From assembly GCA_016186635.1 (NCBI GenBank), contig JACPLI010000014.1, positions 804-64,803 of the forward strand: a DNA stretch of 64,000 nucleotides, written 5' to 3'. The notes under the pieces are model-generated. The model was not told the DNA's origin. It made no database searches and worked only from the letters and a program-made list of their open reading frames with translations. Source of the DNA: Candidatus Liptonbacteria bacterium. GTDB lineage: Bacteria; Patescibacteriota; Minisyncoccia; UBA6257; 2-01-FULL-56-20. The stretch's first letter is position 1. The number at the start of each line of letters is the position of its first letter. The position numbers and the translations under genes are program-made. Below, piece by piece: positions 14,771 through 24,369 of the stretch.

Positions 14771-16086
14771 GCATCTATCCCCGGCACCGGGAACTTCGTC
14801 GCAAGCGCTTTCACGCGTTCGCGGATTTTCTTCACTGTTTCATGCCCCTCAAGCGTTTTCTCAAAATCTCTCACCGCCTGCGCGCGCTTCTCTTTCTCAT
14901 CCGGCAACGGAGTTGTCGCGAATGCCTTCACCACTTCCGCAATCCATGTGCCGATGACTACCATTTCCTTTTCCTTCATACCGCGCGTGGTGAGTGCTGG
15001 TGTTCCCAAGCGGATGCCCGAAGGATAAAACGGCACCGAAGGGTCGTTCGGCACCGTCGTGAAGTTCGTGTTGATTTCGGCGGCTTCAAGCGCCTTCGCG
15101 ACAAAGACCCCGCGCCCCGGCCCGAAGGGGCGTAGGTCAATGAGCATGAGGTGGGTTTCGGTCCCACCCGAGACAAGTTTCAACCCCTCTTTAATAAGTG
15201 TCGCGGCAAGAATCGAGGCATTTTTCACAATTTGCGCGGCATAGTCCTTAAATTCCGGCCGCAAGGCCTCCCCCAACGTCACGGCAATCCCCGCAATCGT
15301 GTGCTCGTGAGGCCCACCCTGCATGCCCGGGAACACCGCTTTGTCTATTTTCTCCCGCAGTTCTTCCTTGCAGAAAATCAGCGCCCCCCGCGGCCCGCGC
15401 AACGTCTTGTGCGTGGTAGTCGTCACCACATCCGTTGAGGGGAAAGGCGAGGGGTGTGCGCCGCCGATGACGAGCCCCGAGATATGCGAAATATCCGCCA
15501 TCGAAATTGCGCCGATGGAGCGCGCAATCAAAGCCATTTTTTCAAAATCCACCTTCCGCGGGTACGCGGTAAATCCGGAGAGGATGAGCTGCGGCTTCGT
15601 TTTCTCCGCGAGCTTTTGAATCGCGTCGTAGTCGAGCACTTCCTTCTCCGCATCGAGCGGATAAAACACGAAGTTGAAAAGCTTCCCCGAGGCGTTCACT
15701 GGCGAGCCGTGCGTGAGGTGCCCGCCCTGGTCGAGCCGCAAGGACATGATGGTGTCTCCGGGTTTCAATAACCCGAGGTACACCGCAAGGTTCGCGGGGC
15801 TCCCCGAATACGGCTGGACGTTTACATGATACCCTTCGGCATTGAACGCTTTCAAGGCGCGCGCCTGCGCAAGACGCTCCACCTCGTCAATGTGGACATT
15901 CCCGCTGTAGTAGCGGCGCCCCGGGTACCCCTCGGCATACTTGTCGTTCAAAATGCTCCCCGCCGCCTCAAGCGCGGCGGCAGAGGCGTAGTTCTCCGAA
16001 GGAATCATTTCGAGTCCCTCTTTCTGCCGTTTTTTCTCGCGCTCGATGATGGCGAAAACTTCGGGGTCTTGGGATGCGAGATTCAT
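14767..16086 (-). CDS. glyA: serine hydroxymethyltransferase
   Basis: LEMIPSENY, PLP-site THKTLRGPRG, GMQGGPHEHTIAG; start at ATG 16086 (MNLASQDPEV); upstream track extension is translation of AGTAATT repeats. Confidence 0.95.
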   Translation of the reverse strand: MNLASQDPEVFAIIEREKKRQKEGLEMIPSENYASAAALEAAGSILNDKYAEGYPGRRYYSGNVHIDEVERLAQARALKAFNAEGYHVNVQPYSGSPANLAVYLGLLKPGDTIMSLRLDQGGHLTHGSPVNASGKLFNFVFYPLDAEKEVLDYDAIQKLAEKTKPQLILSGFTAYPRKVDFEKMALIARSIGAISMADISHISGLVIGGAHPSPFPSTDVVTTTTHKTLRGPRGALIFCKEELREKIDKAVFPGMQGGPHEHTIAGIAVTLGEALRPEFKDYAAQIVKNASILAATLIKEGLKLVSGGTETHLMLIDLRPFGPGRGVFVAKALEAAEINTNFTTVPNDPSVPFYPSGIRLGTPALTTRGMKEKEMVVIGTWIAEVVKAFATTPLPDEKEKRAQAVRDFEKTLEGHETVKKIRERVKALATKFPVPGIDA

Positions 16087-16160
16087 AGTAATTGAGTAAT
16101 TAGTAATCAAGTAATTGGGGACGAATTACATATTTACCCAATTACATAATTACAGACGCG
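16087..16160. repeat. heptamer arrays (AGTAATT)x4 and (AATTACA)x3 abutting glyA start codon
   Basis: agtaattgagtaattagtaatcaagtaattgggg...gaattacatatttacccaattacataattacag. Confidence 0.75.
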
Positions 16161-16221
16161 CAAGTATCCGTAGCATATCACGATATTGTGCTATTTCCAG
16201 CCCCGCGATAGAATTGGTTCA

Positions 16222-16815
16222 ATGATTTTGTCCGACCGCGACATTAAGAAACATCTTGCGTCCGGGAAAATAACCATCGAGCCGCTTTTCCCTGATTCTC
16301 TCCAGCCGGCGTCCGTAGATTTGCATCTCGGACCCGACTTCCTCTTTTTCATCACCGACGAGCATGTCTGCATCGACCTTCGGGAGCCGATGGACCACAT
16401 GATGAAAAGCGTGACCATCGACGAAGCGCGCCAGTTTATTCTCCACCCTGGCCAGTTCGCGCTGGGGATGACCCATGAAGTAGTGGGCGTGGGAAACGAC
16501 ATGGTGGGGCGGCTCGAAGGCAAGTCCTCCCTCGGCCGCGTGGGGCTCATCATCCACGCCACCGCCGGATACATTGACCCGGGCAATAAGCTTAAAATCA
16601 CGCTTGAGCTCCACAACATTTCAAGTTTGCCGATAAAGCTCTTCTATAAAATGCCCATCGCGCAGATTTCCTTCTCTCCGCTCTCCTCCGCGGCAGACGT
16701 ACCCTACGGCAGCACGAAATTGGACAGCAAGTACTACGGCTCCATGAAGCCGCAGGCGAGCCAATACTGGAAGAATTTCAAGAACAAAAACTCGTGGATG
16801 AACTTCGGCGCATGA
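16222..16815 (+). CDS. dcd: dCTP deaminase
   Basis: MILSDRDIKKHLASGKITIEP ... QPASVDLHLG matches dCTP deaminase N-terminus; start at internal ATG 16222. Confidence 0.85.
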   Translation: MILSDRDIKKHLASGKITIEPLFPDSLQPASVDLHLGPDFLFFITDEHVCIDLREPMDHMMKSVTIDEARQFILHPGQFALGMTHEVVGVGNDMVGRLEGKSSLGRVGLIIHATAGYIDPGNKLKITLELHNISSLPIKLFYKMPIAQISFSPLSSAADVPYGSTKLDSKYYGSMKPQASQYWKNFKNKNSWMNFGA

Positions 16816-17237
16816 AGGTCAAGATTATTCGCATTGAGAAAGACCTGCCGCTCCCGGAGTACCACACCGAGGGCGCGGTGGCGTTCGACATGTACTCGCG
16901 CATTGACGCCGTGCTCGCGCCAAAAGAACTGAAAATTGTGCCGTCAAACCTCATCATTGAGGTGCCAAAGGGGTATTGCCTTCTCCTTGCGCCGCGGAGC
17001 AGCACGCCCCGGAAGAAAGGGCTTGTACTCCGCGGGAGCAATCTTATCGACCAGGACTACCACGGGCCGAATGACGAAATCGGCCTCGCGCTCTATAACT
17101 TCACCGATGCGCCCGCGGAGATAAAACGCGGGGAGCGCATCGCCCAAGGGCTCATTATTCCCATCGTTCGCGCCGAGTGGGAAGAAGTTGCACAAATAAA
17201 AGAATCCTCGCGAGGAGGGTTCGGGAGTACGGGGTAA
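16812..17237 (+). CDS. dut: dUTP diphosphatase
   Basis: MKVKIIRI..LP.YHTEGAVAFD ... LLAPRSS ... GSNLIDQDYHGPNDEIGLALYN ... RGGFGSTG (all five dUTPase motifs); overlaps dcd stop. Confidence 0.85.
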   Translation: MKVKIIRIEKDLPLPEYHTEGAVAFDMYSRIDAVLAPKELKIVPSNLIIEVPKGYCLLLAPRSSTPRKKGLVLRGSNLIDQDYHGPNDEIGLALYNFTDAPAEIKRGERIAQGLIIPIVRAEWEEVAQIKESSRGGFGSTG

Positions 17238-17342
17238 AGCACTCGCTTAGAGGTGAGGGCAACGAAGCCCGTATTGTCCCTCGGTGCCATACGATGTTTC
17301 TCTATGCCGATACGGGCATCGTCGCCGTAACCCTTCGACCAG

Positions 17343-17963
17343 TCAGCGATTTCTGCTTGTCCAAAGATTCGCCCACCACGCGGAGGGTTCCACTTCATAG
17401 ATTGCCCTGCCAAGTTCCTTTGAGGACTTGAGCTTTAGTTTCTTGAGCTGCGCGTTTGTGCGGAGCTTCCCTTTCCCTTCGTAGAGCCATTTCATCGCCT
17501 CGCGGTTCCCCTGCCACTCGTACTCGCGGAGCAGGAGAATCTCGTCGAGCAGGTCCGCGTCCTTCGCGATAATCGCTTCTTTTTTCTTCCGCGCCTCGTA
17601 CTCGCGCGCGAGCATGTGGAGGTCGCCGAAGGGCAATCCGCCGAGCTGCTCCGTGATAATCTCATCGTTGAACACTTTCATGTACCGCTTGTGCACCCAG
17701 TTGTGGTCATTGCTCCGCGCTTCGCCTAAATCGTGAAGCAATGCCATAAGCACTACTTTTCCCACGTCCGCGCGTTCTTTCCTCGCAAGCGCCCATGCAA
17801 TCAGCGCCACGCGGAAGGAGTGCGAAGCGATGTTGTCCGACATATCGTCAGTCAACAGCGTCTGCCGGTGCACGCGCAAAAGCTTCCGCATTGTCCCCGC
17901 CTCGAAGAGGAAGTTGGCAAGCTTCTCATCGCGGTTCCTGCGGGAATTGCGCCGTTTCGTCAT
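17343..17963 (-). CDS. HD-domain phosphohydrolase (YfbR-like 5'-deoxynucleotidase family)
   Basis: HSFRVALIAWALA ... VLMALLHDLGEARSNDHNW contains the H..HD metal motif; adjacent to dcd/dut. Confidence 0.7.
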   Translation of the reverse strand: MTKRRNSRRNRDEKLANFLFEAGTMRKLLRVHRQTLLTDDMSDNIASHSFRVALIAWALARKERADVGKVVLMALLHDLGEARSNDHNWVHKRYMKVFNDEIITEQLGGLPFGDLHMLAREYEARKKKEAIIAKDADLLDEILLLREYEWQGNREAMKWLYEGKGKLRTNAQLKKLKLKSSKELGRAIYEVEPSAWWANLWTSRNR

Positions 17964-18037
17964 GGGGTGCCCGACGGGGATTGAACCCGTGTCATCCCGG
18001 CCACAGCGGGAAGCTTTGCCACTAAGCTACGGGCACC
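17963..18037 (-). tRNA. tRNA-His (anticodon GTG) with G-1 and encoded CCA
   Basis: G-GTGCCCG-TA-GCTT-AGTGGCA-AAGC-T-TCCCG-CTGTGGC-CGGGA-TGAC-ACGGG-TTCAATC-CCCGT-CGGGCAC-C-CCA; CCA overlaps start codon of HD gene. Confidence 0.9.
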
Positions 18038-18152
18038 ATCTCGCAGGGGAAGTGTACTACAAAGGTTCAACCTTCGGCAATCTCCCCGAAAAGCTCCGCA
18101 CGGGGCAGGCAAGGTGGAACCTTGAATGATTCCGCTTTTTTTCGTATGCTCT

Positions 18153-18190
18153 AGTAGCTGTAGCTAATGGCTATTGGCTAATCGCTATCT
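18153..18190. repeat. 7-nt-periodic array (GCTAATG/GCTATTG/GCTAATC/GCTATCT) abutting ftsH start codon
   Basis: tagtagctgtagctaatggctattggctaatcgctatct directly 5' of ATG 18191. Confidence 0.6.
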
Positions 18191-20026
18191 ATGTCGAATC
18201 TCACTAAAAACATTTTCTGGGCAATCGCCACGCTGTTCGCCATCTCCTTCGTGTTTTCCATGTTCGCGGACACCGCAGGCGCGCCGGAGAAATTAAGTTT
18301 GAGCCAGCTCGCGCAGAAAATTGCGGCGGGGGAGGTGAAGGAAATTACCGTAAACGGCGACGACCTTGTCATCAAACTCCAGGACGGGAAGCCCGCGTCG
18401 GCAAAAAAGGAGAGTGAGGCGGGGCTCACAGAAACCTTCAAAAACCTCGGCGTGGAGCCGGCGATGCTCCAGCGCGTGAACGTGAGCGTACAGAGCCAGT
18501 CGGGGTGGCAGTTTTGGGCAGGAGTCCTTATTCCCACGCTCCTCCCCATCATTCTCATCGGCTTTTTCTTCTGGCTCATGTTCCGGCAGGCGCGCACGGG
18601 CGTAAACCAGGCGTTCAGCTTCGGGCGCTCGAATATCCGCCTCACCACCTTTGACAAGGAAAAAATCACGTTTAAGGACGTGGCAGGACTCAAGGAAGCA
18701 AAAGAAGAGCTTGTGGAAATCGTGGACTTTTTGAAAAATCCGAAAAAGTTCCTTGACCTCGGCGCGCGCATTCCCCGCGGCGTGCTCCTCATGGGTCCTC
18801 CGGGCACGGGGAAAACCTTAATTGCAAGGGCAACCGCGGGCGAGAGCAACGTCCCCTTCTTCCATATCTCGGCGTCGGAATTCGTGGAGATGTTCGTGGG
18901 AGTTGGGGCTTCGCGGACACGGGACGCCTTCACGGTCGCAAAGAAAGCCGCGCCCGCAATCCTTTTTATTGACGAGATTGACGCCGTCGGGCGCCAGCGC
19001 GGCGCGGGGCTCGGAGGCGGGAACGACGAACGCGAGCAAACCTTGAACCAGATTTTGGTGGAGCTTGACGGCTTCGACCGCGATACGAGGGTAATAATTT
19101 TGGCGGCTACGAACCGACCTGATATTTTGGACCCCGCACTCCTCCGCCCCGGACGATTCGACCGGCGCGTGGTCCTCGACCTTCCCGACTTGAACGACCG
19201 CGAGGCAATACTCAAAATCCACGCGAGGGAGAAAACGCTCGCGGGCGCGGTCGACCTCCGGAAAGTCGCCGTGCGCACGCCGGGATTCTCCGGCGCTGAC
19301 CTCGCTAACTTAATGAATGAAGGCGCCATCTTCGCCGCGCGGCAGAATAAGAAGCATATCTCGCAGGACGACCTCTTCAGCTCGGTTGAAAAAGTGCTCC
19401 TCGGCCCCGAGCGAAAAAGCCGCGCCATCAGCCCCCGCGAAAAAGAAATCACCGCCTACCACGAAGCAGGGCATGCCCTGACCGCCGCCTCCCTCAAAGA
19501 CGCGGACCCCGTGCACAAAATTTCCATCATCAGCCGCGGCATGGCGGGGGGATATACGATGAAGCTCCCTCTCGAAGACCAGCATCTCCGCACGCGCCAG
19601 CAGTTCCTCGCCGACCTCGCCATGATGCTCGGCGGCTACGTGTCGGAAAAACTTATGTTTGGAGATATCTCCACCGGCGCCTCGAGCGACCTCAAGGAAG
19701 CGACGCACCTCGCGCGGAAGCTCGTTACCCGCTACGGCATGAGCGAAAAACTGGGGCCGCAAACCTTCGGGAAAACCGAAGAGCTCGTCTTCCTCGGGCG
19801 CGAAATCGCCGTGGAGAAAGATTACTCCGAAAAAGTCGCGGCGGAGATAGACCATGAAGTGCGGTCATTTATCTCCCGCGCGCGCGCCACGGCGGAGAAA
19901 CTCCTCAAAACCCACAAAGCCGCGCTCAAAGCAATCGCCACAACGCTCGTCGAGAAAGAAACGCTTGAGCAGGAAGAATTCCTCGCGGTTTTAAAACCCT
20001 TCAAAATTAAGCCGGTTGCAGCATAG
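18191..20026 (+). CDS. ftsH: ATP-dependent zinc metalloprotease FtsH
   Basis: 611 aa; Walker [13 protein letters not shown] region, zinc motif HEAGHAL; two N-terminal TM helices. Confidence 0.95.
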   Translation: MSNLTKNIFWAIATLFAISFVFSMFADTAGAPEKLSLSQLAQKIAAGEVKEITVNGDDLVIKLQDGKPASAKKESEAGLTETFKNLGVEPAMLQRVNVSVQSQSGWQFWAGVLIPTLLPIILIGFFFWLMFRQARTGVNQAFSFGRSNIRLTTFDKEKITFKDVAGLKEAKEELVEIVDFLKNPKKFLDLGARIPRGVLLMGPPGTGKTLIARATAGESNVPFFHISASEFVEMFVGVGASRTRDAFTVAKKAAPAILFIDEIDAVGRQRGAGLGGGNDEREQTLNQILVELDGFDRDTRVIILAATNRPDILDPALLRPGRFDRRVVLDLPDLNDREAILKIHAREKTLAGAVDLRKVAVRTPGFSGADLANLMNEGAIFAARQNKKHISQDDLFSSVEKVLLGPERKSRAISPREKEITAYHEAGHALTAASLKDADPVHKISIISRGMAGGYTMKLPLEDQHLRTRQQFLADLAMMLGGYVSEKLMFGDISTGASSDLKEATHLARKLVTRYGMSEKLGPQTFGKTEELVFLGREIAVEKDYSEKVAAEIDHEVRSFISRARATAEKLLKTHKAALKAIATTLVEKETLEQEEFLAVLKPFKIKPVAA

Positions 20027-20071
20027 ACGCGGTAAATAGAAAGTGGTGGATAATGGGAGTATACTAGGCGT

Positions 20072-21553
20072 ATGAAGATATCGCGCGGGAGTTGCCCAAC
20101 GACGCTCGTGCTCCTCGCAGCCACTGCGGGGGTAGTGGCAACTATCGCAACGTTTACAAATCCGGCCGCCGCAGCCACGCCCGACACACAGGTGAAGTAT
20201 GACCGGAAAATGCCGCTCCCGCCCGCGGAATTCGTGCCGCTTAGCACAGTGGAAATAAAAAGCATAACCGCGCCGCAGCTGTGCCATGACGCAACTTTCC
20301 AGAATCAATTTAGAGTTGACCCGGCGTTCCAAAAGAAGCACCTTGCCGATTGGAAAAAGCAGGCGCAGTGCGCACAAGGAATCGCGAAAGCGACTGCGCT
20401 TGGGCAAGAAATCTCGGGCATAGACACTGCGGCGTATAACTCTGTTCGAGCGCTTAAAGAATCGCTTGAGCAGACAAAACAAGCTCTTGCAAAAAGAACA
20501 ACAATTGACGGGCTTCTTCTTGTCGCAATTCCAATCGGCGGATTCGTACCGAACGGGTATCAAAGCGCAAAGAGTATCGAGGTGAAATGCGTAAGTGGTG
20601 TAGAAAAGGCCGTCGGTAGGGGCATCTTCACGGAAGGATTTGAGTTTAAACCCGTAACGCCGGAGCAGACTGCGAAAATAGCTGAACTGAAAAAAAATGC
20701 GGCAGAGATTCAAGCGAGATATAACGGACTTGCGACCGACTACGCAAAGAACGGCGGCAAGGGCAGTTTTTTGGAAGCAACCTGGGCGCGCGCGGCGGCT
20801 ATAGCGGCTGATTTCGGTAATTTGCTTAATTCTGCCAAAGCAGATTTTGTGTTGCTCACGCCAGAGGCAGTTGACCTCCGGCATTCGGACTTAAAGCTGG
20901 AGCAAAAGTTTTCTATTTCTTTCAGGATGACTCCTGGCAAGCAGGTAGAGGTACCGTCGCTCCCGAAAATCATACGAGACCACGGAGGCGTGCCTTCCGG
21001 CGCGGTATTCGAAACGGGAACCGTTAAGGTCGGCGACAAAACCTTTTTAGGGCTGCCAATACCGGCGACGCACACTTTGGACGGGTTTCGCAAAGGAGTT
21101 GATATGCTTCTCAAGAGTTTCACCACTGGCGAGTTCTTTGTGTTTGATGAAAAGACTAACGAGTTCGTACCGGATAAAAAAAAGGAAGGGGACATATTCG
21201 CTATCAGTGAAGCCGCATTGAAACTAAGACGCGATGCATTGCAAGCGAAACTAGATGCGCTCAAAACCGAGAATTATAACTGTACAACCTCCGCCACACC
21301 CCCCCCACCCACCAATCTCCAGTCTTCGCTCACTCCAAGCGTCCAGGGATTGAGAGAGTATGTTGAAGAACTTAAAAGAGAGCGCGACGGGCTAAAAGTG
21401 CAGATTGAGGGAATCAGGCGGCAACGGAATTATTCGCCCTCGCCATTGCTGGAGCAACAGTCAAATACCACCCCTTTGCGTCGGCAGCTCGGGGACATTG
21501 CGGAAGCGCTCGGAAATATTCTCAAGGCGCTCCAAGAAGCGAGTATGTTATAG
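20072..21553 (+). CDS. hypothetical secreted protein (paralog A) with conserved C-terminal module
   Basis: signal peptide MKISRGSCPTTLVLLAATAGVVA; C-terminus LKVQIEGIRRQRNYSPSPLLEQQSN shared with 21561-23030. Confidence 0.55.
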   Translation: MKISRGSCPTTLVLLAATAGVVATIATFTNPAAAATPDTQVKYDRKMPLPPAEFVPLSTVEIKSITAPQLCHDATFQNQFRVDPAFQKKHLADWKKQAQCAQGIAKATALGQEISGIDTAAYNSVRALKESLEQTKQALAKRTTIDGLLLVAIPIGGFVPNGYQSAKSIEVKCVSGVEKAVGRGIFTEGFEFKPVTPEQTAKIAELKKNAAEIQARYNGLATDYAKNGGKGSFLEATWARAAAIAADFGNLLNSAKADFVLLTPEAVDLRHSDLKLEQKFSISFRMTPGKQVEVPSLPKIIRDHGGVPSGAVFETGTVKVGDKTFLGLPIPATHTLDGFRKGVDMLLKSFTTGEFFVFDEKTNEFVPDKKKEGDIFAISEAALKLRRDALQAKLDALKTENYNCTTSATPPPPTNLQSSLTPSVQGLREYVEELKRERDGLKVQIEGIRRQRNYSPSPLLEQQSNTTPLRRQLGDIAEALGNILKALQEASML

Positions 21554-21560
21554 TGAAAGG

Positions 21561-23030
21561 ATGCAAAAACTAGCACGAACGGGACTCTTCTTCGCGGGCA
21601 TCGTAGGCATTTTTGTGCTTCTTTCCCTTTACACCCCACACGCACAGGCGCAAACCCCACAAGGAAACGAAGGAGCGGAAATCACGTACCCCTACTACAA
21701 AAAAACAGAGCGATGGGTCAATACCTGCTCCAGTGAAAGTCCGGTGTGTAACTCAAACCAGAGTAAGCGCATAGAGGAAAAAGTGGGGAAGTCCACGCGA
21801 TTTAGTTTCCTTAAAAAACTGGCTACGAATTTGATTCCGGGAAGCAGCCTGTTTACCTCGGCGAATCTCAAAAGTTCGGAGAAGGAAACGACGCTCTACC
21901 AGCCATGGTATGCCAAAAGTTATGGCATTACGAGTTGCAGGAGAGAACATACCTATACCACTTTTTGGGGGGCGCTTTCAATATTGAAGGGGAAAATCGG
22001 CACCTCCGAAGGAAAGACGAGGTCGTTCTGCACTGGAGAAAGAGGAAGGGACGAGGGGATAGAGCTTACCGACGTTCCCCCTGATATCGAAACGCGTTCT
22101 TACCGAGGCGCGCTGACTACCTCCATCCCCTCGCAGGGGATGACCACGGAACACGCGGTGAAAGAAGATTCTCGCGCACTACTCGCGCTCACGGTTCCCG
22201 AAGCGATGACGGTGGCGCCCACCACCATGAGAGAAGTGTGCAAGACATTCGCGAAAAACCTTCCAAAAACCTGCGCAAACACGGCAGTGTCGACTCTTGT
22301 GCCCGGCGGCATGCTCATCACCGCGAGCGGCATACTCGAGCCGATAACCGACGCGATACAACACCTCCTCTTCAAAGATAACCCGAGGTGGCAAGTACCG
22401 CTTTCGGTGCAAGCGTATTCGCTTGTTTCCACTCCGTCCGGAGCAGAAGAAAGGCTGGTTCCGTGCAACGCGGTGAGAGTTGCAGGAAAAACATTAGATG
22501 CGAACTGCGGCGTCACGGTATCGGTAAGTAAGAAGCAGTTGGTGCGAGACGTAACTCCAAGCACGAATGTTCCATACTATCGGTACGAACTCGCCGTTTC
22601 CGGGCCGGCCATAAAACAAGCATCGGCGCCGACTCGCCCGCTTCTCGGAGTTATTTCCCAGTCTCTCGGCATCACACAGGACGACGACGCCGAGGAAGAA
22701 GGAGCAGTTGTCTTCGACCAAGACGGATTCCTTGTGATTGAGGGATGGGACAATGAAGACTTGCCGATCGAGTCCCCTCTCGCGTCGCTCATTCAAGAAC
22801 TCCGCGAGCGCGTGAGAACGCTTGAAACAAGCCGCAATGCGCTCAAGGTGCAGATCGAGGGGATTAGGAAACAGCGGAATTATTCTCCTTCACCATTACT
22901 CGAACAGCAATCAAATGCCGCACCGCAACCACAGCCGTATGCCGCAACGCCGCAACAGCGCGCACAGCTTGGGAACATCATGGAGACACTCCAAAGCATT
23001 CTCGGGGCGATGGAGGAGGCGGTGCGGTAG
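21561..23030 (+). CDS. hypothetical secreted protein (paralog B) with conserved C-terminal module
   Basis: start at ATG 21561 (SD gaaagga); signal peptide LFFAGIVGIFVLLSLYTPHAQA; C-terminus LKVQIEGIRKQRNYSPSPLLEQQSN. Confidence 0.55.
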   Translation: MQKLARTGLFFAGIVGIFVLLSLYTPHAQAQTPQGNEGAEITYPYYKKTERWVNTCSSESPVCNSNQSKRIEEKVGKSTRFSFLKKLATNLIPGSSLFTSANLKSSEKETTLYQPWYAKSYGITSCRREHTYTTFWGALSILKGKIGTSEGKTRSFCTGERGRDEGIELTDVPPDIETRSYRGALTTSIPSQGMTTEHAVKEDSRALLALTVPEAMTVAPTTMREVCKTFAKNLPKTCANTAVSTLVPGGMLITASGILEPITDAIQHLLFKDNPRWQVPLSVQAYSLVSTPSGAEERLVPCNAVRVAGKTLDANCGVTVSVSKKQLVRDVTPSTNVPYYRYELAVSGPAIKQASAPTRPLLGVISQSLGITQDDDAEEEGAVVFDQDGFLVIEGWDNEDLPIESPLASLIQELRERVRTLETSRNALKVQIEGIRKQRNYSPSPLLEQQSNAAPQPQPYAATPQQRAQLGNIMETLQSILGAMEEAVR

Positions 23031-23145
23031 AACTCGTTGTACGTTTTCGGTTTCGCCGCCCGTATCGCTTCACGTTGACGTCTTACATATGCCCACACCG
23101 ATACGGGCTACGACACCGTCACCGCTCAACACCAAGTAAAATAAG

Positions 23146-23210
23146 TGGGCCAGGAAGGACTCGAACCTTCGATCCTCTTGGTATAAGCAAGATGCTTTAG
23201 CCGCTAAGTC
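23146..23210 (-). pseudogene. tRNA-like fragment (anticodon arm with loop CTTATAC, T-arm, acceptor 3' strand) lacking matching 5' half
   Basis: minus strand ...GCA-TCTTG-CTTATAC-CAAGA-GGATC-GAAGG-TTCGAGT-CCTTC-CTGGCCC-A; complementary GGGCCAG occurs only ~520 nt upstream (approx 23663-23669). Confidence 0.4.
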
Positions 23211-23256
23211 CCGACGCTCCGGTCGGGACCCCGACCCTGCAAGGCGTCGGGGCTAC
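23197..23256. repeat. double-hairpin element R copy 1 (CCCCGAC..GTCGGGG / TCCCGACC-GGAGC-GTCGGGA / CTTAGCGGCtAAAGCA)
   Basis: near-identical unit at 23591-23660; related hairpin at 28706-28740. Confidence 0.6.
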
Positions 23257-23258
23257 TG

Positions 23259-23329
23259 TGGGCGCACTAGGAATCGGACCTAGGTCGGGCGTGTATAAGA
23301 CGCCTGCTTTGCCATTAAGCTATGCGCCC
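23259..23329 (-). tRNA. tRNA-Ile with rare anticodon TAT (UAU)
   Basis: GGGCGCA-TA-GCTT-AATGGCA-AAGC-A-GGCGT-CTTATAC-ACGCC-CGAC-CTAGG-TCCGATT-CCTAG-TGCGCCC-A; unusual T-loop TCCGATT. Confidence 0.75.
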
Positions 23330-23583
23330 ATCCTTATCTTCCCATCTCTCACTATCTTCTCAAGATAATCCTTTCTTTTCAACCTTTTCAGTCGCCTTTC
23401 AATCTCGCGAGCTTTTGCAAGCGTTGGAAACTCTTGAGAAAAAACGAACGCGAGATTCCCAAGCCGCATCGTGGACGGCGTATGACCGCCGAAGTGGTGC
23501 GTTAATCTTGCACCAATGTCGGTGGTACTCCCCACGTAAAACCTCCCGTCCCGCCCATTCTGCAATATATACACCCAAGCCAT
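23320..23583 (-). CDS. GIY-YIG nuclease family protein (small YhbQ/UPF0213-like)
   Basis: from ATG 23583: MAWVYILQNGRDGRFYVGSTTDIGARLTHH = GIY-YIG core; stop codon TAG lies inside tRNA-Ile positions 8-10. Confidence 0.7.
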   Translation of the reverse strand: MAWVYILQNGRDGRFYVGSTTDIGARLTHHFGGHTPSTMRLGNLAFVFSQEFPTLAKAREIERRLKRLKRKDYLEKIVRDGKIRMGA

Positions 23584-23590
23584 AGTACCT

Positions 23591-23660
23591 GCTTTGCCGC
23601 TAAGTCCCGACGCTCCGAGGTCGGGAGGCCACACCCCCGACGTGCTAGTCGGGGCGTCGA
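23591..23660. repeat. double-hairpin element R copy 2
   Basis: gctttgccgctaagtcccgacgctccgaggtcggga...cccccgacgtgctagtcgggg. Confidence 0.6.
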
Positions 23661-23687
23661 CCCTACTGGCCCGCGCGCTCCCCACTC

Positions 23688-24275
23688 CTACTGCTTCACT
23701 ATCGCGTCAAACCGGTCCATTGCCTGCCCGGCTTGGCCGTTGAACGTGTTGATTGCCTGCACTTCCGCGTTAATCTGGTTCACGAGCACCGCTACCTGCT
23801 TCGCCGAGCCGGGGACTCCCTTGAAACGCCCCTCGAGCGCCTGCAGGAGCTCGCTCAAGTAGTTGCTGTAGCTGATAAGCTTGTTTAAAAGCGCCAAGCG
23901 GCTCGCGATGGACTCAAGCGCCGCCTGCCGCGCCTCGAAGGACTGAATGCCGGAGAGCGCCTTCGTCATCGCGCCGATTTCGTCTGCGAGCGCCACCGCC
24001 TGGTTGCGAATCGCCTCACTCTGCTTCGTGGCATCGAGTGTAATGGCAAGCGCCTCGGAGAACTTCCCCTTCTTGTCGAGCTCGCTGATTTTCTCGATGC
24101 TCGTTCGGGAATCGTTCGAAAGGTTCACAATGTTTTGGGAGATGAGCGCTCCCCGAAGGCGGGCGTCTTGGAACTCCGAAGGGATTCCTTGCGAGAAGGA
24201 AAAGAGCCGGCTCGCGCCGTAGCCGGCGGCCACAATTACCACAAACGCAAGGAATAATTTGGTGCGGCGGGACAT
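23688..24275 (-). CDS. hypothetical membrane-anchored coiled-coil protein
   Basis: start at internal ATG 24275 (MSRRTKLFLAFVVIVAAGYGAS = TM anchor); remainder Ala/Gln/Leu-rich helical; track N-terminal extension overlaps tRNA-Gly. Confidence 0.45.
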   Translation of the reverse strand: MSRRTKLFLAFVVIVAAGYGASRLFSFSQGIPSEFQDARLRGALISQNIVNLSNDSRTSIEKISELDKKGKFSEALAITLDATKQSEAIRNQAVALADEIGAMTKALSGIQSFEARQAALESIASRLALLNKLISYSNYLSELLQALEGRFKGVPGSAKQVAVLVNQINAEVQAINTFNGQAGQAMDRFDAIVKQ

Positions 24276-24369
24276 GCGTTCTTCTCCTTTGTAGCGCATC
24301 TTGGGGAAATAATCAACGGGTCTTGAGTAAGCGGTAGGGAGTAGGTAGTATGTGGTAGGGAAAACCGAA

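Noticed and set aside
23663-23669. Calling 23146-23669 a single tRNA gene with a 450-nt intron containing tRNA-Ile and the GIY-YIG gene
   Set aside because: The only support is a 7-nt GGGCCAG/CTGGCCC complement. No D-arm follows the putative 5' exon, and the anticodon stem-loop in the 3' fragment is intact. An intron housing a whole independent tRNA is implausible. Reported instead as a fragment or scar.
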